A stretch of DNA of 64,000 nucleotides from Clostridiales bacterium UBA1206 (GTDB lineage Bacteria > Bacillota > Clostridia > Oscillospirales > CAG-382), in NCBI GenBank assembly GCA_002310055.1, contig DBXS01000010.1, positions 2,598-66,597 of the forward strand. Direction: 5' to 3'. The translations under genes were made by a program, and so were the position numbers. Shown here in pieces: positions 27,274 to 35,494 of the stretch. How positions within the stretch are numbered: the first letter of the stretch is position 1; each line of letters begins with the position of its first letter. The notes beneath the pieces are model-generated. The model worked only from the letters and a program-made list of their open reading frames with translations. It had not been told where the DNA came from and did no database searches.

Positions 27274-27678
27274 ATGACTTATACATCTTCTAAACCCTAT
27301 TTCTACGGCACCGGCAGAAGAAAATCCTCTACCGCCCGCGTTCGCCTCGTCCCCGGCTCCGGCGTCATCACCGTCAACAAAAAGGACGTCGACGAATATT
27401 TCGGTCTCGATACCCTTCGTCTTATAATAGACCAGCCGTTCAACGTTACCGGCACCATGGGCAAGTTCGACGTCATCGCCACCGTCGAAGGCGGCGGCAT
27501 TTCCGGCCAGGCGGGCGCCGTGCGTCACGGCATTTCCCGCGCGCTGCTCCAGGCGGGCGACGAATATCGCGCTCCGCTCAAAAAAGCGGGTCTGCTCACC
27601 CGCGACCCCAGAATGAAGGAACGCAAAAAGTACGGTCTCAAAGCCGCACGCCGCGCTTCCCAGTTCAGCAAACGTTAA
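27274..27678 (+). CDS. rpsI: 30S ribosomal protein S9
   Basis: [12 protein letters not shown]...[19 protein letters not shown]...[16 protein letters not shown], canonical S9. Confidence 0.97.
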   Translation: MTYTSSKPYFYGTGRRKSSTARVRLVPGSGVITVNKKDVDEYFGLDTLRLIIDQPFNVTGTMGKFDVIATVEGGGISGQAGAVRHGISRALLQAGDEYRAPLKKAGLLTRDPRMKERKKYGLKAARRASQFSKR

Positions 27679-27700
27679 CACGTTTTACGCATACGAAACA

Positions 27701-27735
27701 GCCGCAGGCAAGAACCTGCGGCTTCGTTTTTATTT
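27701..27735 (+). terminator. rho-independent terminator after rpsI
   Basis: GCCGCAGG-caagaa-CCTGCGGC followed by TTCGTTTTTATTTT. Confidence 0.75.
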
Positions 27736-28866
27736 TGCTATCTGCCTTATTTTCGCGACGGCGCGCGTTATCAAATCGACTGCATACGCGACTTCCTCGC
27801 GCGTGTTGAACGCCGAAAGCGATATCCTAAGTTCGCCTTTGGCTATTTCGGGCGGGACGCCCATCGCCGTCAGCGCGCGGCTCGGTTCGTTATGATCGCC
27901 GCGGCAGGCGTTCCCCGAAGAGACCGCTATGCCCGCCATATCGAGCAGCGAAGCGAGCGAAGGGCCCTGCGCGTTTTCGAAACAGATCTGCAGTATCCCG
28001 GGCAGGCGTTCGACACCGGCGCAGATTACGTGCGCGCCTTCTATGCGCATAAGCCCGCGTTCGGCGAACTCGCGCAGTTCGGCGACTCGAGATGCGGCGG
28101 AGGAAAGCTCCTTTACGCTTTTGCGCAAAGCGAGCGCCGTACCGAATGAAGCGATACAGTCCTGAGTCCCCGCGCGCATACCGTTCTGCTGAGTCCCGCC
28201 GACAATGAACGGCGAAGCTTTTCCGCCGCGAACGTACAGTAATCCCGCGCCTTTGGGCCCGTGGAATTTGTGCGCGGACGCCGAAAGCATATCGACTTTC
28301 GTCTTTGAAAGATCTATCGGGATATGCCCGACCGCCTGGACGGCGTCGGTGTGGAAGGCGATCCCCTTTTCGCGGCAGAGCGCGGATATTTCTTCCACAG
28401 GCTGGATCGCGCCGGTCACGTTGTTCGCGTACATCACGCTGACGGCGGCGGTCCCGGGCGTGAGCGCGCGCAAAACGTCTGCGGCGGCGACGCGCCCGTC
28501 GGGGGAGCATTTTATGGTATTCACGCTGTCATAATACTTTTCCGCGGCGCGCAGCACGGCGGCGTGCTCGATCGCCGAAACGGCGACTTCCCTTTTGCCC
28601 TGCGCGCACGGCGAAGCGGAAAGCGCGTAAAGCGCCCAGTTGTCGGATTCCGTGCCGCCGGAGGTGAAGAATACCTCGCCTTCGTCGCAGTTCAGGCATT
28701 CAGCTATTATGCGGCGCGCCTTTTTGATAAGCTCCGCGGACTTTGCGCCTTCGGCGTGGGACGACGACGGATTGCCGTAGTATTCTTTTGCAAGCGCGAA
28801 CATTTCGCCGGCGACTTCGTCATATATCCGCGTCGAGGCGGCGTTATCAAGATATATCCTGCCCAT
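27730..28866 (-). CDS. nifS: cysteine desulfurase (NifS/IscS-like, class V aminotransferase)
   Basis: RIYLDNAAST, PLP-lysine SASAHKFHGPKG and the catalytic loop SSGNAC. ATG 28866 (AAAGGGA SD sequence) is preferred over GTG 28884. Confidence 0.85.
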   Translation of the reverse strand: MGRIYLDNAASTRIYDEVAGEMFALAKEYYGNPSSSHAEGAKSAELIKKARRIIAECLNCDEGEVFFTSGGTESDNWALYALSASPCAQGKREVAVSAIEHAAVLRAAEKYYDSVNTIKCSPDGRVAAADVLRALTPGTAAVSVMYANNVTGAIQPVEEISALCREKGIAFHTDAVQAVGHIPIDLSKTKVDMLSASAHKFHGPKGAGLLYVRGGKASPFIVGGTQQNGMRAGTQDCIASFGTALALRKSVKELSSAASRVAELREFAERGLMRIEGAHVICAGVERLPGILQICFENAQGPSLASLLDMAGIAVSSGNACRGDHNEPSRALTAMGVPPEIAKGELRISLSAFNTREEVAYAVDLITRAVAKIRQIAK

Positions 28867-28884
28867 AGCGCGTTTCCCTTTCAC

Positions 28885-28912
28885 TTGACAAAACGAAAAT
28901 GAGTGTTATAAT
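28885..28912 (+). promoter_or_regulatory. sigma-A promoter (TTGACA-N16-TATAAT) for the ArsR-family gene
   Basis: TTGACA at 28885-28890 and TATAAT at 28907-28912. It lies just upstream of the divergent nifS start (ATG 28866) and abuts the alternative GTG start at 28884. Confidence 0.65.
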
Positions 28913-28955
28913 GATACTGTAACGATCCAGTAAAACCCCCGAACGAGGTGAAGAT

Positions 28956-29318
28956 ATGAAAGAACTCCACGTAAAAATGCCCGACGACGGCGAGACCGCG
29001 CTCATAGCCGAGACGTTCAAAGTCATAAGCGACCCCACGCGGCTCAAGATACTGTTCCTGCTCTGCCACAGCGAGCAGTGCGTGAACGGCATAGCCGCTT
29101 TTATGGAAATGTCGCCGCCCGCGGTGGCGCATCATTTAAGACTGCTCAAATCGAACGGTCTGCTTTCGGCGCGCCGCGACGGCAAAGAGGTCTTCTACAC
29201 CCTCGCCGACACCGAATACGCTTCCACCGTGCACCGCACCATAGATACCGTTTTCGGCTGCAAATGCTCGGTCTGTTCGGGAGCCAAGAGCGGACGTAAA
29301 TGCAAGTGCGATAAATGA
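28956..29318 (+). CDS. ArsR/SmtB family transcriptional regulator with a Cys-rich C-terminal tail
   Basis: HTH ISDPTRLKILFLLCHSEQCV...VAHHLRLLKSNGLL. Tail CKCSVCSGAKSGRKCKCDK. Confidence 0.85.
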   Translation: MKELHVKMPDDGETALIAETFKVISDPTRLKILFLLCHSEQCVNGIAAFMEMSPPAVAHHLRLLKSNGLLSARRDGKEVFYTLADTEYASTVHRTIDTVFGCKCSVCSGAKSGRKCKCDK

Positions 29319-29327
29319 ATATTACGG

Positions 29328-29362
29328 CTGCGCCGCGGGCAAACGTCCGCGGCGGCTTTTTT
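29328..29362 (+). terminator. rho-independent terminator after the ArsR-family gene
   Basis: GC-rich hairpin (GCCGCGG...CCGCGGC) followed by T6. Confidence 0.7.
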
Positions 29363-31286
29363 ATTCGGTTTCGCCCGGGAGCTCGAATATCACCGATTCG
29401 TACGGCCTGAGCCCGTAGGTCAGCCGGTACGGATATCCGTCGCATTCGCCCGCGGCCGCTTCAAGCGGCGGGATATCGCCGTTTTCCGCCGGGCCTCCGC
29501 CGCCGGGAAGCGTGTCGTAGGTGCTGAAAACGCGTTGGTACATACCGGGAAGCGGGACGCCGAACGAATAATTGCCGTACCCTACCGGCGAAAAGTTGCA
29601 CACCACAGCCAGTGCGCCGCCGTAGGAAAACGGATTGCGGCGGATAAAGCTCACGGTGTTGCGCGGTGCGTCCGCGCGGTTTATCCACTGGAAGACGCGG
29701 GAATCGCGCCCGTCGGTGTAAAGACATTCGTATTTTTTATATATCGAAAGCAGCGATCTCACGCATTCCATAACGTCGCGGTGCCACATATCGCTCGCGC
29801 GGTGCCATTCGATCTGGCGGTCTTCCATCCATTCGCCCTCGCTCGCGATATCCTGCCCCATAAACAGCAGTTTTTTGCCGGGGAGCGTGAACATATACGT
29901 GTAAAACGTCTTGAGCGCGCCGAATTTGTCGGGCATCGAGCCCGGATTCTTGAGCAGCATCGACTTTTTGAGATGCACCACCTCGTCGTGCGAGATGACG
30001 AGCACGTAATTTTCGTTGAACGCGTATTCGGGCGGATGCGTGAGCAGGTCGTGATGATACTTGCGGTATATGGGATCTTTTTCTATGTATTTGAGCATTT
30101 CGTTCATCCAGCCCATATTCCACTTGAACATAAAGCCGTAGCCGCCGTATTCGGGATCGGTGGTCATGCCCGCTTCAATGGACGAATCCTCCGCCATAAC
30201 GCAGGCGGTGGAGTTATGCTTGACCGCCGAATTGAGCTGCCTGAGAAACGCGCGGCTTTCGAGATTTTCGCTGCCGCCGAATCTGTTGGGGCGCCACGGA
30301 TCGCGGCTGAAATTGGTAAACAGCATTGCCGCCACGGCGTCGACGCGCAGCGCGTCGGCGTGGAATTCGTTTATCCAGTACATTACGCTGGAAATGAGGA
30401 AGCTTCGCACCTCGGGTTTGCCGTGGTCGAACGCCATCGTGCCCCATTCGGGATACTCCGCGAGCAGCGGATCGGCGGATTCATAAAGCGCGCTGCCGTC
30501 GAAATGCTCGAGCCCGAAATCGTCTTTGGGAAAATGCGCCGGCACCCAGTCGATTATGACGCCTATGCCGTTTTGGTGCAGATGGTCTATGAAATATCTG
30601 AAGTCGTCGGGCGTGCCGTGGCGCGACGTAGGCGAAAAATACCCCGTGACCTGATACCCCCACGAGCCGTCGAAAGGATATTCGCATATACCCATAAGCT
30701 CCACGTGGGTGTAGCCCATAAACTTTACGTATTCGGCGAGCTGGTGCGCAAGCTCGCGGTAATTGAGAAAGCCGTCTTTGTTTTTGCGGTAGTCCTTTTT
30801 CCACGAGCCGAGATGCACTTCGTAGATGGCGACCGGCTTTTTCCACAGCGACGAGCTGTCGCGAGAAGCCATCCATTCGCCGTCGTGCCATTTATATCCG
30901 TTAAGCGGCCATACCACCGAAGCGTTGGAGGGACGAAGCTCGGAATAAAACGCGTACGGGTCGGATTTATACCGCGTCACGCCGTCGGCGCCCAGCACGG
31001 CAAAGCGGTAGCTGTCGCCCTTTTTCATCCCGGGCAGGAAGACGGTCCACACACCGTCCTTGCATTCCATTTTGTCGCATCCGGCGGTCCAGCCGTTGCC
31101 GCCGTGCATAACGCTTACTTCGCGCGCGTTGGGCGCCCATACGCACAGCTCTACTCCTTTTACGCCGCCGCGCGTTGCGATATGCGCGCCGAAACGGCGG
31201 TAGCTCTGGTAATTAGTCCCCTCGCGGAACAAAAATCTATCGTATGAAGAAAACCATATCCTTTTGCGTTCCGTTCCCTGCGGCAT
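29361..31286 (-). CDS. glgB: 1,4-alpha-glucan branching enzyme
   Basis: GH13 motifs DWVPAHF, ALRVDAVA and ISHDEV, plus an N-terminal CBM48-like region. AAGGAG before the ATG. Confidence 0.92.
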   Translation of the reverse strand: MPQGTERKRIWFSSYDRFLFREGTNYQSYRRFGAHIATRGGVKGVELCVWAPNAREVSVMHGGNGWTAGCDKMECKDGVWTVFLPGMKKGDSYRFAVLGADGVTRYKSDPYAFYSELRPSNASVVWPLNGYKWHDGEWMASRDSSSLWKKPVAIYEVHLGSWKKDYRKNKDGFLNYRELAHQLAEYVKFMGYTHVELMGICEYPFDGSWGYQVTGYFSPTSRHGTPDDFRYFIDHLHQNGIGVIIDWVPAHFPKDDFGLEHFDGSALYESADPLLAEYPEWGTMAFDHGKPEVRSFLISSVMYWINEFHADALRVDAVAAMLFTNFSRDPWRPNRFGGSENLESRAFLRQLNSAVKHNSTACVMAEDSSIEAGMTTDPEYGGYGFMFKWNMGWMNEMLKYIEKDPIYRKYHHDLLTHPPEYAFNENYVLVISHDEVVHLKKSMLLKNPGSMPDKFGALKTFYTYMFTLPGKKLLFMGQDIASEGEWMEDRQIEWHRASDMWHRDVMECVRSLLSIYKKYECLYTDGRDSRVFQWINRADAPRNTVSFIRRNPFSYGGALAVVCNFSPVGYGNYSFGVPLPGMYQRVFSTYDTLPGGGGPAENGDIPPLEAAAGECDGYPYRLTYGLRPYESVIFELPGETE

Positions 31287-31508
31287 TCTATCAGCTCCTT
31301 TTTGATCATTATATCACAAACGATTTGCCTTTTCAATATTTTAACGTATAATTTTGCCGGCGTCAGACGGCGCAAATAATATACGGCAAAACCGCAAATA
31401 AACGCATACGGAAAAAAATACCTGTAATAATCCCGCCGCGCGGCGGCAGAATATTAGCGAAGGCAAAAAGACCTTTGAAAAACAAAACAAAAGGAGAAAA
31501 AAACGATA

Positions 31509-31697
31509 ATGGCTAACAAGTCTCTCGTTCCCGAAGCAAAAGAAGCTCTTAAGAAATTCAAGATGGAAGCCGCCAACGAAGTAGGCGTCAACCTCAAGCA
31601 GGGTTACAACGGCGACCTCACCTCCAAGCAGGCGGGCAGCATCGGCGGTCAGATGGTCAAGAGAATGATCGAAAACGCCGAACATTCGATGAAATAA
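31509..31697 (+). CDS. alpha/beta-type small acid-soluble spore protein
   Basis: 62 aa. KFKMEAANEVGV...SKQAGSIGGQMVKRMIE matches the SASP signature. AAAGGAG SD sequence. Confidence 0.9.
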   Translation: MANKSLVPEAKEALKKFKMEAANEVGVNLKQGYNGDLTSKQAGSIGGQMVKRMIENAEHSMK

Positions 31698-31703
31698 GAG
31701 CGC

Positions 31704-31783
31704 ATATAAGCGGTGATTTACGCACCCTGAAGATGCGAAAAAAGAGGCTCGGAGGTAGTTTTTACCTCCGAGTATCGTTTTTT
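31704..31783 (+). repeat. direct repeat copy 1 (80 bp), containing the SASP terminator hairpin
   Basis: ATATAAGCGGTGATTTACGCACC...CTCGGAGGT-agttttt-ACCTCCGAG-TATCGTTTTTT. Hairpin at 31748-31772. Confidence 0.85.
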
Positions 31784-31911
31784 GTAAGTTATTGACCCGA
31801 TCTCCTCAAGATAAGGTGCTTCAACGAAAAACTCGACTGCCGTACGTCTGTACGCCGACGCTCGTTTTTCGTCGAAAATCGCCAGCTTCTATGCGCTCTC
31901 CGGCGCTTTGA

Positions 31912-31989
31912 ATATAAGCGGCGATTTACGCACCGGTATTATGCAAAAAACGCTCGGAGGTAGTTTTTTACCTCCGAGTATCGTTTTTA
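31912..31989. repeat. direct repeat copy 2 (78 bp), containing a bidirectional terminator hairpin
   Basis: About 85% identical to copy 1 by hand alignment. The hairpin at 31953-31978 has T-runs on both strands, so it also terminates the convergent gene ending at 32002. Confidence 0.85.
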
Positions 31990-32001
31990 TTGGATTTCGT
32001 A

Positions 32002-33111
32002 TTATATACGCGTTTTCGCCATGGCGGCTATCTCGCGGCAGAAGATCTTCACTTCTTCCGCCGTGTTCTGTTTTCCCAGGCTTACGCGGACGCCGCCGGA
32101 AAGCGTGCCGAGCGCGCGGTGGGCGAGCGGCGCGCAATGGAAGCCGCCCCTCACGCATATCCCTTTGCGCGCAAGGCGTTCGGTGACGTCTTCGCAATCC
32201 ATGCCTTCTATATTGAAAAGCAGCACCGGCAGACGTTCTTCGCCCTTATCGGGGCAATATACCGTAACTCCTTTGATATCGCGCAGCGTATCGCACAGCA
32301 GATCGAACGCCGAAAAATCGGAATAAAGCGAAAATTCGTCCAAAGCCGCCGAAAGCCCCGCGAACAGCGCGACCGCGGGCGTTCCCGCCTCGAGCCGTTC
32401 CGGCAGGAAAGGCGGCATATCCTCATCGAGCGAATACACGCCCGTACCGCCTTCGAGTATCGTGGCGGGCGTGATATCGAGAGCGCGGTTTATAAGCAAA
32501 AGCCCCGTCCCCATCGGACCGCCCAGACCTTTGTGCCCGGCGCAGCATACGATATCGACGCCGGTGCGCTCGAGCGAAACTTCGCGATACCCGGCGGTCT
32601 GCGCCGCGTCGACGACCGCGAGTGCGCCGTTTTCGTGCGCGTGCTTTACGAGCGCGGCGAGCGGGAGCAGTTTTCCGCACACGTTGGACCCGTGCGTGAA
32701 CACGGCTGCGGAAGCGCCTTTGACTTTTCCGGCAAAATCCTCCGCGGCGTCTTTGGCGAGCGCGTCGAAAGATACGAGCTCTATGCGGCCCGCGCCGCGC
32801 ATTGAATAGAGCGGGCGGCACGCAGCGTTGTGTTCAAGGTTGGAAAGCAGGACTTTTCCGCTATTTATATATCCTTTGACCGCCATATTCAGCGCCGCCG
32901 TGCAGGAAGGCGCGAGTATCACGCGCTCCGGATCGGTGCCGAACGCGCGTGCCGCTTTTTCGCGGCATTCGTACATAATCTTCGCCGCGCGCATAGCGGG
33001 CGCGTGGCCTCCCCTGCCCGGGTTGCCGCAAGAGCGCATAGCTTCCGCAACGGCGCGCACCGCCGCCGGGCTTTTGGGGTACGAAGTGGCGGCGTTGTCG
33101 AAATATATCAT
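32002..33111 (-). CDS. class V aminotransferase (cysteine desulfurase / selenocysteine lyase-like)
   Basis: ORF trimmed to ATG 33111 (ATGA overlap with the upstream gene). MIYFDNAATSYP and PLP-lysine CCAGHKGLGGPMGTG. Confidence 0.8.
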   Translation of the reverse strand: MIYFDNAATSYPKSPAAVRAVAEAMRSCGNPGRGGHAPAMRAAKIMYECREKAARAFGTDPERVILAPSCTAALNMAVKGYINSGKVLLSNLEHNAACRPLYSMRGAGRIELVSFDALAKDAAEDFAGKVKGASAAVFTHGSNVCGKLLPLAALVKHAHENGALAVVDAAQTAGYREVSLERTGVDIVCCAGHKGLGGPMGTGLLLINRALDITPATILEGGTGVYSLDEDMPPFLPERLEAGTPAVALFAGLSAALDEFSLYSDFSAFDLLCDTLRDIKGVTVYCPDKGEERLPVLLFNIEGMDCEDVTERLARKGICVRGGFHCAPLAHRALGTLSGGVRVSLGKQNTAEEVKIFCREIAAMAKTRI

Positions 33112-33338
33112 CCACGCCGCCTCTCGTCCACGGCGCCGATCACGTTTATCCCGCTTTGCGCAAGGATCTTGAGCGCCGTTTCGCGGTCGCCGTATAATTC
33201 CACTCCGTAACCGCAGCCGCGCACTTTTTCCACGTCGGGCGATTTTACGGGGTACGCGCGCATCCCTTCCGCCGCGAGTATCCCCGCCGCTTTGTACGCG
33301 TAGGTGACGGAGGTCAGCACCAGGGTACATTTGTTCAT
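33108..33338 (-). CDS. DUF3343 domain protein (putative Se/S carrier-like)
   Basis: 76 aa with an AAGGAG SD sequence. The pattern CTLVLTSVTYAYKAAGILAAEG...VKSP resembles DUF3343, which usually accompanies this aminotransferase type. Confidence 0.65.
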   Translation of the reverse strand: MNKCTLVLTSVTYAYKAAGILAAEGMRAYPVKSPDVEKVRGCGYGVELYGDRETALKILAQSGINVIGAVDERRRG

Positions 33339-33386
33339 TCTGCATCACTCCTTCGCTACATTATATGAAATATGCCGGGCAGATGC

Positions 33387-33419
33387 AAAATAAAAGCTCC
33401 GCGGCGTTCGGCGCGGAGC
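33387..33419 (-). terminator. rho-independent terminator after the SLOG gene
   Basis: Minus-strand GCTCCGCGCCGAACGCCGCGGAGC followed by TTTTATTTT. Confidence 0.75.
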
Positions 33420-33426
33420 GTTACAT

Positions 33427-33759
33427 TCATTTATTCAGTTTCATCACCTTGAGCGGTTTCTTCACTCGGCGGGCGTATTTGATGGTATACGCCGTGCCGG
33501 GCGAGCTGCCGTCCCAGAAAGCGAGCACCAGATCGGCGAGATCGACTATGCGCTTGTTGCGCACCAGCGGCGCCGCCTTGCCGTGGCGGTCGTAATCCGG
33601 GCGGATGATATGCTTGGAAATACCGCGGCTGTCCGCGCAGCGCTCGGCGGACCGGTCGACGCCCGCGGCGCCGCCGGTGATTATCTCGGTGGCGCCCTGC
33701 GGGATGTATTTTGCGATATCGGAATTTATGCCTCTGGAACCGATCACGGCGACTTTCAT
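33427..33759 (-). CDS. SLOG superfamily protein (DUF2493-like)
   Basis: 110 aa. MKVAVIGSRG...ITGGAAGVDRSAE...PDYDRHGKAAPLVRNKRIV...AFWDGSSPGTAYTI matches the GGAxGxD Rossmannoid SLOG pattern. AAGGGAG SD sequence. Confidence 0.7.
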   Translation of the reverse strand: MKVAVIGSRGINSDIAKYIPQGATEIITGGAAGVDRSAERCADSRGISKHIIRPDYDRHGKAAPLVRNKRIVDLADLVLAFWDGSSPGTAYTIKYARRVKKPLKVMKLNK

Positions 33760-33790
33760 AATACTGCGCTCCCTTGTTTTCGTACTTTCG

Positions 33791-33819
33791 ATTATACTTT
33801 ATAAGCGCCGGTTTGTCAA
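33791..33819 (-). promoter_or_regulatory. sigma-A promoter, exact TTGACA-N17-TATAAT, for the SLOG gene
   Basis: On the minus strand: TTGACA (33819-33814), 17-nt spacer, TATAAT (33796-33791). Confidence 0.7.
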
Positions 33820-33887
33820 TACGCGGTTTTGTTATGAAAATGAGTTTTAAAAGGTGCGAAAATATGCAAAAAAATATTCAAAAGCTA

Positions 33888-33916
33888 TTGACAAAGCGGC
33901 CGCGTTTGTGTATAAT
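33888..33916 (+). promoter_or_regulatory. sigma-A promoter, exact TTGACA-N17-TATAAT, for rpmG-secE-nusG
   Basis: TTGACA at 33888-33893 and TATAAT at 33911-33916. Confidence 0.7.
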
Positions 33917-34027
33917 GGCTTTACCTCTGCGAAAAGAGGGCTTTTTCCCTTATGCTCACGGTTTTTTCGATTTCCGCCGCGGGCGTTTTACAGAGGGAGG
34001 TTACATTAATATGGAGGTGCCGAAAAA

Positions 34028-34177
34028 ATGAGAGTTAAGATCACAATGGTTTGCAGCGAATGCAAACAGAGGAACTACGACACTGTCAAGAACAAAAAGA
34101 ACGACCCGGACAGACTTGAAATGAAAAAATACTGCAAGTTCTGCCGCAAACACACTCTTCATAAAGAGAGCAAGTAA
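34028..34177 (+). CDS. rpmG: 50S ribosomal protein L33
   Basis: Not in the ORF track (49 aa). [49 protein letters not shown] is canonical L33 with two CxxC pairs. GGAGGTG SD sequence. Confidence 0.93.
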   Translation: MRVKITMVCSECKQRNYDTVKNKKNDPDRLEMKKYCKFCRKHTLHKESK

Positions 34178-34189
34178 GGGGTACGCGCA

Positions 34190-34399
34190 ATGGCAGAAAA
34201 CGAAAAGAAAACCAACCGTATCGTCAAGTTCTTCAGGGATTTGAGAAGCGAAAGAAAGAAAGTCACCTGGCCCACCGTCAAAGAGACCACCAAACAGACC
34301 GGCGTCGTTATAGTGGAGCTCATAGCCGTGGCCGCCATAGTCGGCGTTCTCGACCTCGCTTTCAGCAAGCTCTTCATGTGGCTTGCGCAGATTATCTGA
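34190..34399 (+). CDS. secE: preprotein translocase subunit SecE
   Basis: 69 aa. FFRDLRSERKKVTWPT followed by a single TM. Conserved rpmG-secE-nusG order. Confidence 0.9.
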   Translation: MAENEKKTNRIVKFFRDLRSERKKVTWPTVKETTKQTGVVIVELIAVAAIVGVLDLAFSKLFMWLAQII

Positions 34400-34414
34400 C
34401 GGGGGCGGTCCGCA

Positions 34415-34948
34415 ATGGCGATCGCAAGTGATTCCACTCCCCGCTGGTATGTAATTCACACATATTCCGGCTACGAAAGCAAAGTCGCCGGCAATATCGA
34501 AAAGATCGTGGAAAACCGCGGTTTGTCCGATATGATCTTCGACGTAAAGGTCCCGACCGAAAAAGTCGTCGAAGTCACGGGCAGCAACAAAGAAAAGGAA
34601 ATCGAACGCAAACTTTTCCCGAGTTATGTTCTGGTCAAAATGATCATGAACGACGTAAGTTGGCACATCATACGCAACACCACCGGCGTGACGGGTTTCG
34701 TCGGCCCGGGATCCAGCCCCGTAGCGCTTTCGGACGCGGAAGTTGAAAAACTGGGTGTGGAAACCAAGGTCATAGAGATCAAGTTCGCCGTGGGCGACAA
34801 CGTGCGTATCACCGGCGGCGCGCTCACCGGGCTCATAGGGCTCGTCGAGGCGATATCCGACGATAAGCAGAAAGTCAGCGTAAGCGCCAACATGTTCGGC
34901 CGCGAAACCAAAGTAGAAATAGACGTTTCGCAGGTCGCGCCGCTATAA
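34415..34948 (+). CDS. nusG: transcription termination/antitermination protein NusG
   Basis: WYVIHTYSGYE NGN domain and a KOW motif (GDNVRITGGALTGLIGLV). Confidence 0.95.
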   Translation: MAIASDSTPRWYVIHTYSGYESKVAGNIEKIVENRGLSDMIFDVKVPTEKVVEVTGSNKEKEIERKLFPSYVLVKMIMNDVSWHIIRNTTGVTGFVGPGSSPVALSDAEVEKLGVETKVIEIKFAVGDNVRITGGALTGLIGLVEAISDDKQKVSVSANMFGRETKVEIDVSQVAPL

Positions 34949-35054
34949 AATCGGCAAAACGGCCGGCGGGAATATTGCCGTTTCCGCGTATATACGGCCG
35001 TGTGGGAGGGACAAAGTCCCGTAAAATTCTACCACATTCGGAGGTGTAAAAACA

Positions 35055-35480
35055 ATGGCAAAGAAAATTATAGGTTTTATCAAACTTCAGCTCCCCGCAG
35101 GTAAAGCGACTCCGCAGCCGCCCGTAGGCCCCGCCCTCGGTCAGTACGGCGTTGCCATCCCTATGTTCACCAAGGAATTCAATGAACGCACCAAGAACGA
35201 TATCGGTCTCATAATCCCGGTAGTCATCACCGTTTACGCCGACCGTACGTTCTCCTTCATCACCAAGACTCCGCCCGCAGCCGTCCTCATCAAAAAGGCC
35301 TGCAATATCGAAAGCGGATCCGCTACTCCCAATTCCAACAAAGTGGCTAAGATCACCAAAGATCAGATCAAACAGATAGCCGAAACCAAAATGCCCGACC
35401 TCAACGCCGCTTCGCTCGAAGCCGCGATGAGCATGATCGCCGGCACCGCCCGCAGCATGGGCGTTGAAGTTATAGACTAA
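35055..35480 (+). CDS. rplK: 50S ribosomal protein L11
   Basis: [25 protein letters not shown], canonical L11. Confidence 0.97.
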   Translation: MAKKIIGFIKLQLPAGKATPQPPVGPALGQYGVAIPMFTKEFNERTKNDIGLIIPVVITVYADRTFSFITKTPPAAVLIKKACNIESGSATPNSNKVAKITKDQIKQIAETKMPDLNAASLEAAMSMIAGTARSMGVEVID

Positions 35481-35494
35481 GGGGGAGCGCAACG

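Noticed and set aside
31287-31508. A forespore (sigma-G/sigma-F) promoter upstream of the SASP gene.
   Set aside because: I found only weak candidates (for example GCATA...AATAAT or GAATA with a poor -10). None convincingly matches the GnATR / CATnnTA consensus by eye, so none is reported.
33917-34027. A small terminator-like hairpin (CCTCT-gcgaaa-AGAGG plus GCTTTTT) and a 28-codon ORF in the rpmG 5' UTR.
   Set aside because: The stem is only 5 bp, the ORF has no SD sequence and runs into the rpmG start, and there is too little evidence for an attenuator or a peptide.
34949-35054. A possible L1-binding regulatory leader upstream of rplK-rplA.
   Set aside because: The 106-nt intergenic region has only a weak stem (AAACGGC...GCCGTTT). 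I cannot verify similarity to the 23S L1-binding site without an alignment.
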